Source: Verrucomicrobia bacterium UBA1183 (GTDB lineage: Bacteria; Verrucomicrobiota; Verrucomicrobiia; Opitutales; UBA9783). From it: DNA of 62,396 nt. Shown one piece after another: positions 1-8,366 of the stretch; positions within the stretch are counted from its first letter, which is position 1; every line of letters starts with the position of its first letter. Under the pieces are notes generated by a model that was given only the letters and a program-made list of their open reading frames with translations, did not search any database and was not told the DNA's origin. A program made the translations under genes and the position numbers. The DNA is taken from assembly GCA_002309885.1 (NCBI GenBank), contig DBYP01000012.1:1-62396 (forward strand). The letters are read 5' to 3'.

Positions 1-298
1 AAAACGCTAATAAGATAACAATTGGATCTCTTGATAAGGATGGCCATTTGCTTGTGGACGAAATACCGAATAAGCTCTTGTTTTTTTGTGGCAAAATTTC
101 AGGAAACCCAGGTAGCTGTATCCGGCGGTAGGAATACTCTTGTATTCGCAGTCCTGCAATTCTTTCATTTATTATTTCCGAAGTCAATTCATCTGCTAAA
201 GCAGATGCTTCTTTATCTCCTGGTTCTAATCCGAAAGAGGTAAGATGAATTGCTTCTCTCAAACTATATAATTCTCTTCTTGTTATTTCTTTTTCCAT
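1..298 (-). CDS. hypothetical protein, partial (C-terminus runs off window start)
   Basis: My own minus-strand translation starts at ATG 298-296 (MEKEITRRELYSLREAIHLTSFGLEPGDKEASALADELTSEIINERIAGLRIQEY...) and stays open to base 1. It is absent from the ORF track because no stop is reached. No recognisable motif. Confidence 0.3.
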   Translation of the reverse strand, partial: MEKEITRRELYSLREAIHLTSFGLEPGDKEASALADELTSEIINERIAGLRIQEYSYRRIQLPGFPEILPQKNKSLFGISSTSKWPSLSRDPIVILLAF

Positions 299-353
299 AA
301 ATTCACCTCATCAAAATTTCAGGCATTTTAGATTTTAAAGCATTACGAAAATC

Positions 354-515
354 CTATCTGTTGGGCTGATAATAATGCTTCAAAACGATTTCTGTTGTAC
401 GATGGCCTGTAATACGCCGTATGATTTCTAATGGCACATTGTTATTCAGGGCTAAGGTTACCCAAGTAACACGAAAGGCATGGAAGCCACGAATGGAAGC
501 ACGTCGCAAGCCATG
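354..515 (-). pseudogene. tyrosine recombinase, C-terminal fragment only
   Basis: The tail of ORF 354..656(-) reads HGLRRASIRGFHAFRVTWVTLAL...ITGHRTTEIVLKHYYQ. This has the H-x-x-R, G-H and terminal Y pattern of the tyrosine-recombinase catalytic domain. The upstream part of the ORF is unrelated filler. It lies head-to-head with the integrase at 576. Confidence 0.6.
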
Positions 516-575
516 ATCGCGTTCATGTTCATCTTCCGTTTGAAAGCCAGCTTCGTTTAAAAGGAAAATAATAAA

Positions 576-1409
576 ATGTTTATGGAACGTTATTCCAAAC
601 CGCAGAAACGATCTTGGAAAGAAGACGAACGAACCATCAATAAATACTATCACCATTGGTTCAATCGCAAGCTATCCGCTATTTCCAAATACGATGTTAG
701 TTTGTATCACAATCAATTGCGTGCAGAACGCGGAATCTATGTTGCAAATCGGATGTTGGAGCGGTTGAAGGCCATGTATAATAAGGCGATCGAATGGGGC
801 TGGAATTGGGAAAATCCGGCCCTTGGCATTAAAATGTTCAAAGAAACCAAACGCGAACGATTCATTTTACCGCACGAATTCCAATCATTTTTTGCAGCTG
901 TTGAAGCAGAACCAGATCCGCATATTCGAGCATTCTTTCTTTTGTTGTTATATACCGGTGCACGACGTTCGAATGTCCTTGCGATGCGTTGGGATCAGAT
1001 CGATTGGCAATTGAAATTCTGGCGAATTCCGCTAACCAAAAGCGGAGAACCTCAAACAATACCGCTTACCGATGAAGCTATAAAAGTTCTGAAAGCATTA
1101 AAAGAAGCGGATAACAATCCTTCGCCGTGGGTATTCCCGAGTGCTACCAGCGCTTCCGGGCATTTCATGGATCCCAAGAAAGCTTGGCAACGGTTGTTGA
1201 AAAATGCGAACCTTCAAGATCTGCGTATTCATGATCTTCGTCGCACACTCGGTTCTTATATGACAATGAATAATACCAGCCTGCATATCGTTGGTAAAGC
1301 CCTGGGACACCACAGCAGCGATGCTACCGAAGTCTATGCCCGCCTGCAAGTCGAAACCATCCGCCAAGCCAGCCAAGGCGCTATCAATTTAATGCACAAA
1401 AATTGTTAG
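576..1409 (+). CDS. site-specific tyrosine recombinase (phage/ICE-type integrase), apparently lacking the N-terminal arm-binding domain
   Basis: 277 aa. Catalytic signature present: TGARRSNVLAMRW (R), HDLRRTLGSYM (HxxR), LGHHSSDATEVYARL (H...Y). A SAM-like core-binding region (NRMLERLKAMYNKAIEWGW) is also present. It is shorter than typical ~400-aa P4-type integrases. Confidence 0.85.
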   Translation: MFMERYSKPQKRSWKEDERTINKYYHHWFNRKLSAISKYDVSLYHNQLRAERGIYVANRMLERLKAMYNKAIEWGWNWENPALGIKMFKETKRERFILPHEFQSFFAAVEAEPDPHIRAFFLLLLYTGARRSNVLAMRWDQIDWQLKFWRIPLTKSGEPQTIPLTDEAIKVLKALKEADNNPSPWVFPSATSASGHFMDPKKAWQRLLKNANLQDLRIHDLRRTLGSYMTMNNTSLHIVGKALGHHSSDATEVYARLQVETIRQASQGAINLMHKNC

Positions 1410-1415
1410 AAAATC

Positions 1416-1706
1416 ATGAATGATATAAGCTCAAAATTAGAAAAATGTTTCTCAGAAAAAAGACAATCTTTGATTGATTTCCATAATGGAATAATCAAAG
1501 CCTTAGATCAAATGATAGAAATGAATGAATTACCACTGAATACCATTGTTTACCAAAGGTTACGGGATGAATTGAAACAAGAATTTGATGACCCAATAGA
1601 AGCACTGGGAAAATCTACTGATCCCGCGGTGAACTTTCTCCCGATGTTACGGGACTTGAAGGGTTGCTACGAGCCTCGAATTCGGATTGTAGATCGTCAA
1701 AGGTAA
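1416..1706 (+). CDS. hypothetical protein (doubtful; 3' end overlaps the convergent ORF)
   Basis: 96-aa ORF starting 7 nt after the integrase stop. Helical-looking, no motif. Its last ~30 codons overlap ORF 1615..2073(-), so one of the two is probably mis-called or decayed. Confidence 0.25.
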   Translation: MNDISSKLEKCFSEKRQSLIDFHNGIIKALDQMIEMNELPLNTIVYQRLRDELKQEFDDPIEALGKSTDPAVNFLPMLRDLKGCYEPRIRIVDRQR

Positions 1707-2073
1707 AACCAACCCCCATTTTTTGAAATGCTTCTTTATCTTCTTTGCTTAATCTACCTAGTTCTGTGTTTACACTTTCTATAAGCTCTTGATCGTTAGG
1801 CTCAATTTGTAAAACGCCTAATGCTATCAACAGAACTAATGGTTTTAATTGTTCATCTTCCGATAATTCTGAATTATAAATGGCATCTATCCCTGATTCC
1901 CACGAACACAATCCATCGTTACGATTTTGTATGTGACACATGACATCGATTTTTTCAGGAGAAAACAACTTACATCCCCTGAGTCTTTCTTCTACTGAAT
2001 CCAGGGCCGGCAGATCGCCCATACAGTTACATACAGAGATTCCCAAAATAAAAAGATATGTGTTAAATTTCAT
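1615..2073 (-). CDS. hypothetical protein with N-terminal hydrophobic signal-like segment
   Basis: ORF 1615..2079(-). MKFNTYLFILGISVCNC looks like a signal or lipoprotein leader. No catalytic motif recognised. Confidence 0.35.
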   Translation of the reverse strand: MKFNTYLFILGISVCNCMGDLPALDSVEERLRGCKLFSPEKIDVMCHIQNRNDGLCSWESGIDAIYNSELSEDEQLKPLVLLIALGVLQIEPNDQELIESVNTELGRLSKEDKEAFQKMGVGFTFDDLQSEFEARSNPSSPVTSGESSPRDQ

Positions 2074-2110
2074 TTGCAAATTCCTTTCACTGCGCTTACA
2101 ATCTCAAGGT

Positions 2111-3193
2111 ATGGGTATAATGTCAAGAAAAAATGTTTTTTTAATGGCGACAATCTCTTTTTACTGGTCAATTGCGAATGCGGAGTTTCCAGTTACGCGC
2201 AATCTTGGGTCTTTGCCGGTATTAGATATCCCACGACAATTAGGTGAGGTACGATTAGTTCCAGCTCCTGGAGATTCTTTGCAAGGAAGACACAGCGCAT
2301 TGGCACATGACGTCGCTTATCCTCCTTCAGGAAATTGTTTTTCTTGCTGTTTTGTTTTTAGGTTAAGTTCTGGTGAAGAAGTCGAAATACCTTTGTTTAG
2401 AGATCTTGTGTTAAGGAATCATCCTAGAAGAAAATTTGTAAACGCGGATAAATTGGCTGTTTTAGCTGAACCTTCGGAAGCAAATATCATATTTAAAAGT
2501 CACGATGGCGATACAGATGTTTATAGCAAGATTAAATTTCTTTACGAACATTTCATTGATAAGGTAAGGCAGAATTCTACTACCGAAAATTCTGCCACAA
2601 AAAATCAAGCTATGCTATTGATTGCGCTAAAGGATCGTGCAAAAGATGAAAGAGGAGAGTGGCGGATGGATGTTCTACGTGCCATGCGCTCGACAGACAG
2701 CGAAGCGGGTGCGCTTTATGTTTTACAGCACAGGTATGTCATAGATAATATCATCAATCAATTATGCTCGCAAATACCAGTAGGAGCACAGATATCTTCT
2801 ATCGAATTTCATGGATGTACAACGCGCGATATGTGTGCACTATGCTTTACAAATATGAATATTATTCAGTATTTGTGTAATGATACTAGTGCTTATAATC
2901 CAATGGAGTTTTCGTTTTTAAGGTATTTAAAACATGTACTTACGCAACCGATTTCTGCGGAATTTCAAAGAGAGCATACAAATGCAGAAGTTGCCAGGAC
3001 ATACGCAACGCCAGAGTGTTCTGTCAAAATGTTCATATCATCTACCAGAGTTGATAATGACAACTTAAATTTTCAGACACCAGCTCTAACAGAGGGCGAA
3101 GGAGAGAATTTTTTGTATCAGTTTAGGATGCAACCGCCTCCTCCGGTTAGAAGGCCTCTACGTAATACAAGGCCGAATGGAAGTTCTAACTAA
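2111..3193 (+). CDS. secreted hypothetical protein (weak deaminase-like C-x-x-C region, see findings)
   Basis: ORF 1940..3193. The plausible start is ATG 2111 (MGIMSRKNVFLMATISFYWSIANA, a signal peptide). Pro-rich basic tail. Contains RSTDSEAGALYVLQ ... IEFHGCTTRDMCALCF. Confidence 0.6.
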   Translation: MGIMSRKNVFLMATISFYWSIANAEFPVTRNLGSLPVLDIPRQLGEVRLVPAPGDSLQGRHSALAHDVAYPPSGNCFSCCFVFRLSSGEEVEIPLFRDLVLRNHPRRKFVNADKLAVLAEPSEANIIFKSHDGDTDVYSKIKFLYEHFIDKVRQNSTTENSATKNQAMLLIALKDRAKDERGEWRMDVLRAMRSTDSEAGALYVLQHRYVIDNIINQLCSQIPVGAQISSIEFHGCTTRDMCALCFTNMNIIQYLCNDTSAYNPMEFSFLRYLKHVLTQPISAEFQREHTNAEVARTYATPECSVKMFISSTRVDNDNLNFQTPALTEGEGENFLYQFRMQPPPPVRRPLRNTRPNGSSN

Positions 3194-3669
3194 ATGAAGA
3201 TCTGACTAGAAAACCGGTAATAATTCGCGCAGATAAAGATGTTTATCCGCTCTACCGTGATTATTACAATTCCATTCAGCAAAGATTAAGGACGAACGAA
3301 AGTATCGCAATCTTTATGGAACGTTGGGCCGAAATGGCTATACGTATAGCGGGAAGCTTACATATGTATGAGTTCCCGATCGAAGAACCGTTATCTGCAG
3401 ATACTTTTCAAAAAGCGATTAAAATTCAAAAAACGTTTTTTGCTCAACAACAAATGAACTTTATAGATAAGGTTTATAACAAAAATCAGGACAAACTGTT
3501 AGACAAATTTTATGCTCTTTTACGGGAAAATAACGGTAAAGTTCCCATTCGCGAAGCTTATCACAAACTTCATATAGACAAGGATCCATTCGTACAACTT
3601 GTAGAGCAATACCCTGGGTTACATTTGGATGATGGATATATCTATTGTGACAATTGTGACAGTAACTAA
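3190..3669 (+). pseudogene. C-terminal remnant of a DUF3987/primase-helicase-like mobile-element gene
   Basis: The frame is open from the stop at 3187-3189 (...PVIIRADKDVYPLYRDYYNSIQQRL...MERWAEMAIRIAGSLHMYEF...). There is no N-terminal ATPase part. It sits directly upstream of the primase-like gene, as in phage/ICE replication modules. Family assignment is from memory and weak. Confidence 0.4.
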
Positions 3670-3746
3670 AAACGGATTCTATCCTGCATGAATACTAACA
3701 AAACACTGTCACAAAGTCGAATGTGACACTTTGTGACAGTTGTGAC
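3646..3746. promoter_or_regulatory. cluster of six TGTGAC/GTCACA hexamer repeats (iteron- or operator-like) upstream of the primase-like gene
   Basis: TGTGAC at 3646, 3655, 3722, 3732 and 3741, plus an inverted TGTCAC at 3707. Spacing inside the sub-clusters is 9-10 bp. The cluster ends 18 nt before ATG 3764. Confidence 0.5.
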
Positions 3747-3763
3747 AATTTTTAAGGGACACT

Positions 3764-4777
3764 ATGAGTATATACATACAAAAATTACATTCAATTCCAG
3801 CTCCTGGTAACGGTTGCCATACAGCCCTTCTCGGAGTAGCCAACTGTGGAATTCGCGAAGGGCTTTCGGAAGAACAGGTCTTTGCAGATATTCGACAACA
3901 CATCCTTAATGGAACACGCCACGTTCCCGACAGTGAGATTTATGCCGCCATTTCAAAAGCGAAAAGTGATTACATCCCTTACCGTAGCACATCTAGGGAG
4001 CCATTCAAAAAACCCATGGCCAACCCAAAAATTTCTTCAGAATATCGAGATCATCTGCTAGAAAAAGGCAAGGGAACGGAAGAAGTTGATTTCTGGGAAG
4101 CTTCCCGAGTTCGATTATTTGATGCTCCCGAAAAAGATACGGAACTTCTGTTGCGAACATTTTACGATCCCAATGATTGCTTATTTATCGGTACTCGATA
4201 TGATACACAGGTTCGAACTGTCCGTCAATGGATAGATTCCTTCGTTCTTTTATGCATAATATACTATCCATAACGCCAGCTAAGGTATAATATATTTATC
4301 ATTAAGCCAATGTCGTGGCTACCATTCATTTGTCCGAATCCCGTCGATGGGCAACTGCATCCAACAAAATCCGAGGCCCTATCTTATCGTTGCGACGAAG
4401 CTGTTTGCAAATTCAAATTCGCCGTATTGGAATTTGATACACTATCCCGCAATGAACAATTTGCCTTTTGGGGCGAAATGCTCAACGAACTACCCGTGGT
4501 TGCAATCATCGATTCCGGCAACAAGAGCCTGCATGCGTGGATTCGTGTGCCTGATGTCCATTCTCTCGACGAATGGAAAATAAAGATCGAGCAGAAATTT
4601 TTCGAGCAATGCCTAAAACCTCTCGGGATCGATACCGCCTGCAAGAACCCTTCCCATATGAGCCGCCTCCCCGGCTGTATCCGCAAGGAAACAAGACGGT
4701 GGCAGCGGCTGCTGTATTTGAATCCGGAGGTTGGAGAACAACCGCGCCATAACGCCAAAAATCTACTTGGTCCTTAA
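3764..4777 (+). pseudogene. archaeo-eukaryotic-primase (prim-pol)-like replication protein interrupted by a single in-frame TAA
   Basis: ORFs 3764..4273 and 4310..4777 are in the same frame, separated only by TAA 4271-4273. The second part carries AEP-like motifs FAVLEFD, IDSGNKSLHAWIRV and NPSHMSRLPGC. Confidence 0.6.
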
Positions 4778-4794
4778 AAAAGGTCTGCGTAAAA

Positions 4795-5346
4795 TCACTG
4801 AATTGTACAGACGTTACTAACAATCTCTTTAAAAATATTACCTAATTTCTTAAGGGGCTCATCCCTGTATCCTCTAAAAAATTCCATAAATGACTTACAC
4901 GCATTGTATTCTTCTTCCTTAGTCTGTAGTAATTTTGGAGAAAGGTTATAGTAAAAAATAATATTTTCATATTCTGAAAAGGTTTTTTTTAAGTATTTGT
5001 CTAAAACCTTTAAAATTTTATCACAGCAACTTTCATCAAAAATAATGCTCCCATCCTGTGCTTGCGTGTATATATAAGCCATTTCCCCTAATACACTTTC
5101 TTCTCCCAAGTTTTGGGGAATACTATAACAACACATGGCATTTATCAGGTATTCGCTAGGACTTTTCAATTTTTGTATTTCTTGATCTATAATCTTCTTA
5201 GAAAATTCCAATAAATAACATTTTTCTTGGTCCCTTAACAAACTCAAAAAATCAGAGCTAAAATTTAAGCAAAAGCTGCTAGCATTTGTAGAATTTATAT
5301 AGAAAAATACCAACGAAGCAATGTATATCTTTTTTACAATATTCAT
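4795..5346 (-). CDS. hypothetical secreted protein
   Basis: 183 aa with a signal-like N-terminus (MNIVKKIYIASLVFFYINSTNASS), Cys-rich, no motif. Divergent from the OTU gene. Confidence 0.5.
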   Translation of the reverse strand: MNIVKKIYIASLVFFYINSTNASSFCLNFSSDFLSLLRDQEKCYLLEFSKKIIDQEIQKLKSPSEYLINAMCCYSIPQNLGEESVLGEMAYIYTQAQDGSIIFDESCCDKILKVLDKYLKKTFSEYENIIFYYNLSPKLLQTKEEEYNACKSFMEFFRGYRDEPLKKLGNIFKEIVSNVCTIQ

Positions 5347-5407
5347 GATCCCAATACGATCGTTTTATATAGACATGTCAATATTTTTATTGTAAAATTA
5401 TAACACT

Positions 5408-6916
5408 ATGTCTATTCCTAATAATTTAACTCCAACAAGCTCCGACCCTATCTATCGTTCTCATAGTTTGCCTAATATACAAGAGGTATCTATGTTATCG
5501 CTTGACGAAGCAATCGATCTTGTATGTCAAAACCATATAAATCGTACAGAAAAATTTTTTCTACAAAATTTCAACCTTCTTTGTTCATTGCCAAAAGAAA
5601 TGGCTCAACACGAAAAGCCTTTATCCATGGGAGCTTTAGTGCGTATTATTTTAAATGTATGTAAAAGGGACTGTGGAAAGCAAATTTTTAAGGAAATGGT
5701 TTTGGGGTTAAAGGATAAGAATGTTGCTCTCGTCTTGTGCAATAAACCTGATAATCTTGGACTAAACAAAAATTTATTTCTCCTTTCAGATTCTCTATTT
5801 AATGAAATAGGAGACAAAAAAGGGAATAATAGATTTTTGTTATTATTAAACTTATCTTCCGACCCCCTCATTTCTCATTGTAGATGGTGTGCCGTGATGA
5901 ATATTGTAACGAAAAAAATCGAAATACAAAAATTAGATCTGAAAGATTTATCTCATTTATCCGCTGAAGGCTGTAGCGCTGGACATGAATTTTATCATGT
6001 TTGTACTTTTTTAGAAAAAATTGATGACAGCCAAAACGAATCAGAGATCCCCCAAAAAACAAAATGTAAATGTTTCCAGGAGCGGAGTTTGTTTTCTCCA
6101 TTGGGATTAATGGCACAGAGATTTGATGCCGCTTCATGTTTATTTGATAATGGTGAAGATATGCGAAATTTATGCGGTATAAAAATACGGAAAGGCAAAA
6201 TCGTTGAAAGCCCTGGTGAATTCGATTTTTGGCAAAAAGTTTTGACGAGTTGCTCAAAATACGAAGGTAAATTGGTATTGCCACTTTATTGTGATGTCGA
6301 TACCCCTGCACCTGTTTTAGCCGATAAAAGTAATGCTATATTACATCAATTATTCCAAATAAAATTTCCGAATTGTCCCCACATGCCAACAATAAATGCC
6401 AGTTACATTTTAGGATCAGATTTCTCAAAATTTTCCTTAATCGATGTACCTGGAGATGGGAATTGTGGCATATCTGCAGTTTTGGTTGCAAGTGGGCAAA
6501 TGGTGGAAGATTTTTCTATCTCGGATGATGGGCATTTATCTCTTACGTCAGAGCAAAGAGAACAAATGATGGAATTACGGAGGAGGACAACGCACTGTAT
6601 TCCATCGTCACATGCTCGTAGTGTTGAAATTTCAACTCGTTTAATCCGAGAGGGCTCTTGGGTCGATGGCGAAGATTTTGCATTTATCGCTAGAGCAATA
6701 CAACAGCCTATTGTGCTTATCCAGGCAGCAACAGAAGGAAGTTTGCCCTACACTATGACGCGCTTTACCATAGAAGGGAATGAGGAAATATTAACCGATC
6801 AAACTCCAGAACAACTTTTAACTAACAATCCAAGGACGCTGTTTATCTATTTTAACGGCGTAAACCATTTTCAAGCGTTAAAACGAAACAATAAATCAAA
6901 ATGTCTTTTGCAATAA
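5408..6916 (+). CDS. OTU-family cysteine protease (putative deubiquitinase-type effector) with an N-terminal HExxH region
   Basis: 502 aa. C-terminal OTU signature: DVPGDGNCGISAVL (Cys codon 6464-6466) and GVNHFQAL (His codon 6866-6868). HEFYH lies at 5984-5998. No signal peptide. Confidence 0.8.
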   Translation: MSIPNNLTPTSSDPIYRSHSLPNIQEVSMLSLDEAIDLVCQNHINRTEKFFLQNFNLLCSLPKEMAQHEKPLSMGALVRIILNVCKRDCGKQIFKEMVLGLKDKNVALVLCNKPDNLGLNKNLFLLSDSLFNEIGDKKGNNRFLLLLNLSSDPLISHCRWCAVMNIVTKKIEIQKLDLKDLSHLSAEGCSAGHEFYHVCTFLEKIDDSQNESEIPQKTKCKCFQERSLFSPLGLMAQRFDAASCLFDNGEDMRNLCGIKIRKGKIVESPGEFDFWQKVLTSCSKYEGKLVLPLYCDVDTPAPVLADKSNAILHQLFQIKFPNCPHMPTINASYILGSDFSKFSLIDVPGDGNCGISAVLVASGQMVEDFSISDDGHLSLTSEQREQMMELRRRTTHCIPSSHARSVEISTRLIREGSWVDGEDFAFIARAIQQPIVLIQAATEGSLPYTMTRFTIEGNEEILTDQTPEQLLTNNPRTLFIYFNGVNHFQALKRNNKSKCLLQ

Positions 6917-6941
6917 TTTGATTGTACTATGCTTCAAAATA

Positions 6942-7125
6942 GATACCCACGGATGGAACCCGTGGTACTATAGGTCGCATTCTGCGACCGTTTACAGCTC
7001 CCAAGGGAGCTGACCTTCTCGAAAAAAGAGCTTTTCTTTTTCCTCGAAAGATCTCTCGCTGATCTTTGTTGAACTTTTAATACAACAAAACCCGGCTCAA
7101 GCTTAATTCACCCACGGGTGTGCCC
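6942..7125 (-). mobile_element. miniature non-autonomous derivative (MITE/PATE-like) of the IS200-family element at 35012..35564
   Basis: 6942-7010 closely matches the reverse complement of the IS right end 35497-35566, including the hairpins ATACCCACGG..CCCGTGGT, GGTCGC..GCGACC and CAGCTCC..GGAGCTG. 7083-7112 matches the reverse complement of the left end 35031-35060 (AACCCGGCTCAAGCTTAATTCA). No tnpA lies between them. Confidence 0.7.
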
Positions 7126-7146
7126 CCTAGTCATCTTCGCTTTGCG

Positions 7147-8055
7147 TCAGATAAAAAAGTGCATTAAACCGCTAAGAAAACTTAATTTACAAACAAACCC
7201 AAAACTCATCTGCCCAATTCCTTGCAAAGAGCGCAACAAGCGCAGATTCTTTTCTATAGAGCGTTGCAGATGTGTTTCGTAGCGAATGACCTTGTCGGTG
7301 TTTTCGGTCGAGGGTAGTTGCGCTACGGATTCATAAAAGGAACGCTTGTGATCGAATTCTTGCAGGCTATTCTCGTAATAATTCGGCATATTGCGACCTG
7401 AGCGCAGTTTGTTTTCAATACTCTCTAACAAGTCGGCTTTGAACCCGTTAAGATCCAGCTCGTTCCAAGTACAAAATTCGCCAAGGTGCTTACAGTTTTC
7501 CAAAAGTTCGGTATCCATGTGCCTGTAATTTTCAGGGAAGCGCTGTTGCAAATTTTGAACGATTTCTTCCAAGAGCCAACAAGCTTTGTCTGACAAATCC
7601 GAAAAATTAGCATCTCCTTTACTGGTTAACCATTTCTTAAGTTGATTTAGGACATCCGATTCAGATTTATTGTTTTCCATGTTGTAAATAATTGCTTTTC
7701 GATCACTGAAATTTACCGGTGAACCCGATGTGTCAAGATTCAATGTCTCCAATTGCATTGCTCCCTGCTCATAGGCAAGTACTTTCCGTAAACGCCAAAC
7801 ATCGATTGCAACCTTATCGCACAGGATTGCTTGCATCTGATCTCTCGGCTTCAAACTCTCAAACACACCCAACCTAAGCGCTTCGTAATCCCTCGCTTCT
7901 TCATCGGAAATATTCTTCAAACATTCTTTCGTAAAAATTCCGTGTTTTACCGCATTTAAAGCCGATTTCGCTTTCCCTAATGCCGTTTTAGGTCCCGTCG
8001 ATAACTGTGCATTCTTTCGATTCGCTGATAATTTCTGCAAAGATAAGTCTCCCAT
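7147..8055 (-). CDS. hypothetical protein
   Basis: ORF 7147..8136. The likely start is ATG 8055 (MGDLSLQKLSANRKNAQLSTGPKTALGKAKSALNAVKHGIF). This N-terminal pattern recurs in uncharacterised bacterial proteins as far as I recall. No known function. Confidence 0.55.
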   Translation of the reverse strand: MGDLSLQKLSANRKNAQLSTGPKTALGKAKSALNAVKHGIFTKECLKNISDEEARDYEALRLGVFESLKPRDQMQAILCDKVAIDVWRLRKVLAYEQGAMQLETLNLDTSGSPVNFSDRKAIIYNMENNKSESDVLNQLKKWLTSKGDANFSDLSDKACWLLEEIVQNLQQRFPENYRHMDTELLENCKHLGEFCTWNELDLNGFKADLLESIENKLRSGRNMPNYYENSLQEFDHKRSFYESVAQLPSTENTDKVIRYETHLQRSIEKNLRLLRSLQGIGQMSFGFVCKLSFLSGLMHFFI

Positions 8056-8366
8056 GTCTGTTATTATCAGAGAAATAATAGGAAATTGCAAAAGATTATT
8101 CGTGATTTTTAGGACTAAGATTTTGTCAAAAATCAAGTAAAAATGACGAATCTGCCATCAATTTTTCTATAACTGAGGGAATTGGCAATTTGCAACCTCT
8201 TTTAGATGAAGCTTAAAAACTCCAACAAATGTCAATGTTTTTAAAACACACCTCAAAAACTCTGCAAAAAAAAAGAACATTTTTTATAAAAAATCCTAAA
8301 GATTTTTCAAAACATGCCGTTTTTTATACCTAAAACCTCTTGCAAAAATCTGAAAGGAGTTTGGGA

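Noticed and set aside
22-243. 73-aa plus-strand ORF at the window start
   Set aside because: The opposite strand carries a longer ORF (298 down to 1, open-ended) with more protein-like composition. The plus-strand ORF is probably its shadow.
3646-3746. Repeated TGTGAC units considered as a possible CRISPR array
   Set aside because: The units are only 6-8 bp at 9-10-bp phasing. There are no 25-40-bp spacers and no 24-48-bp direct repeats. They look like iterons or operators, not CRISPR. No CRISPR array was seen anywhere in the window.
4795-5346. Possible paralogy between secreted ORFs 4795..5346 and 56636..57184 (and 1615..2073)
   Set aside because: The only shared features are a short L[DE]KYLKK stretch, a signal peptide and a few Cys residues. 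That is too little to claim homology without an alignment tool.
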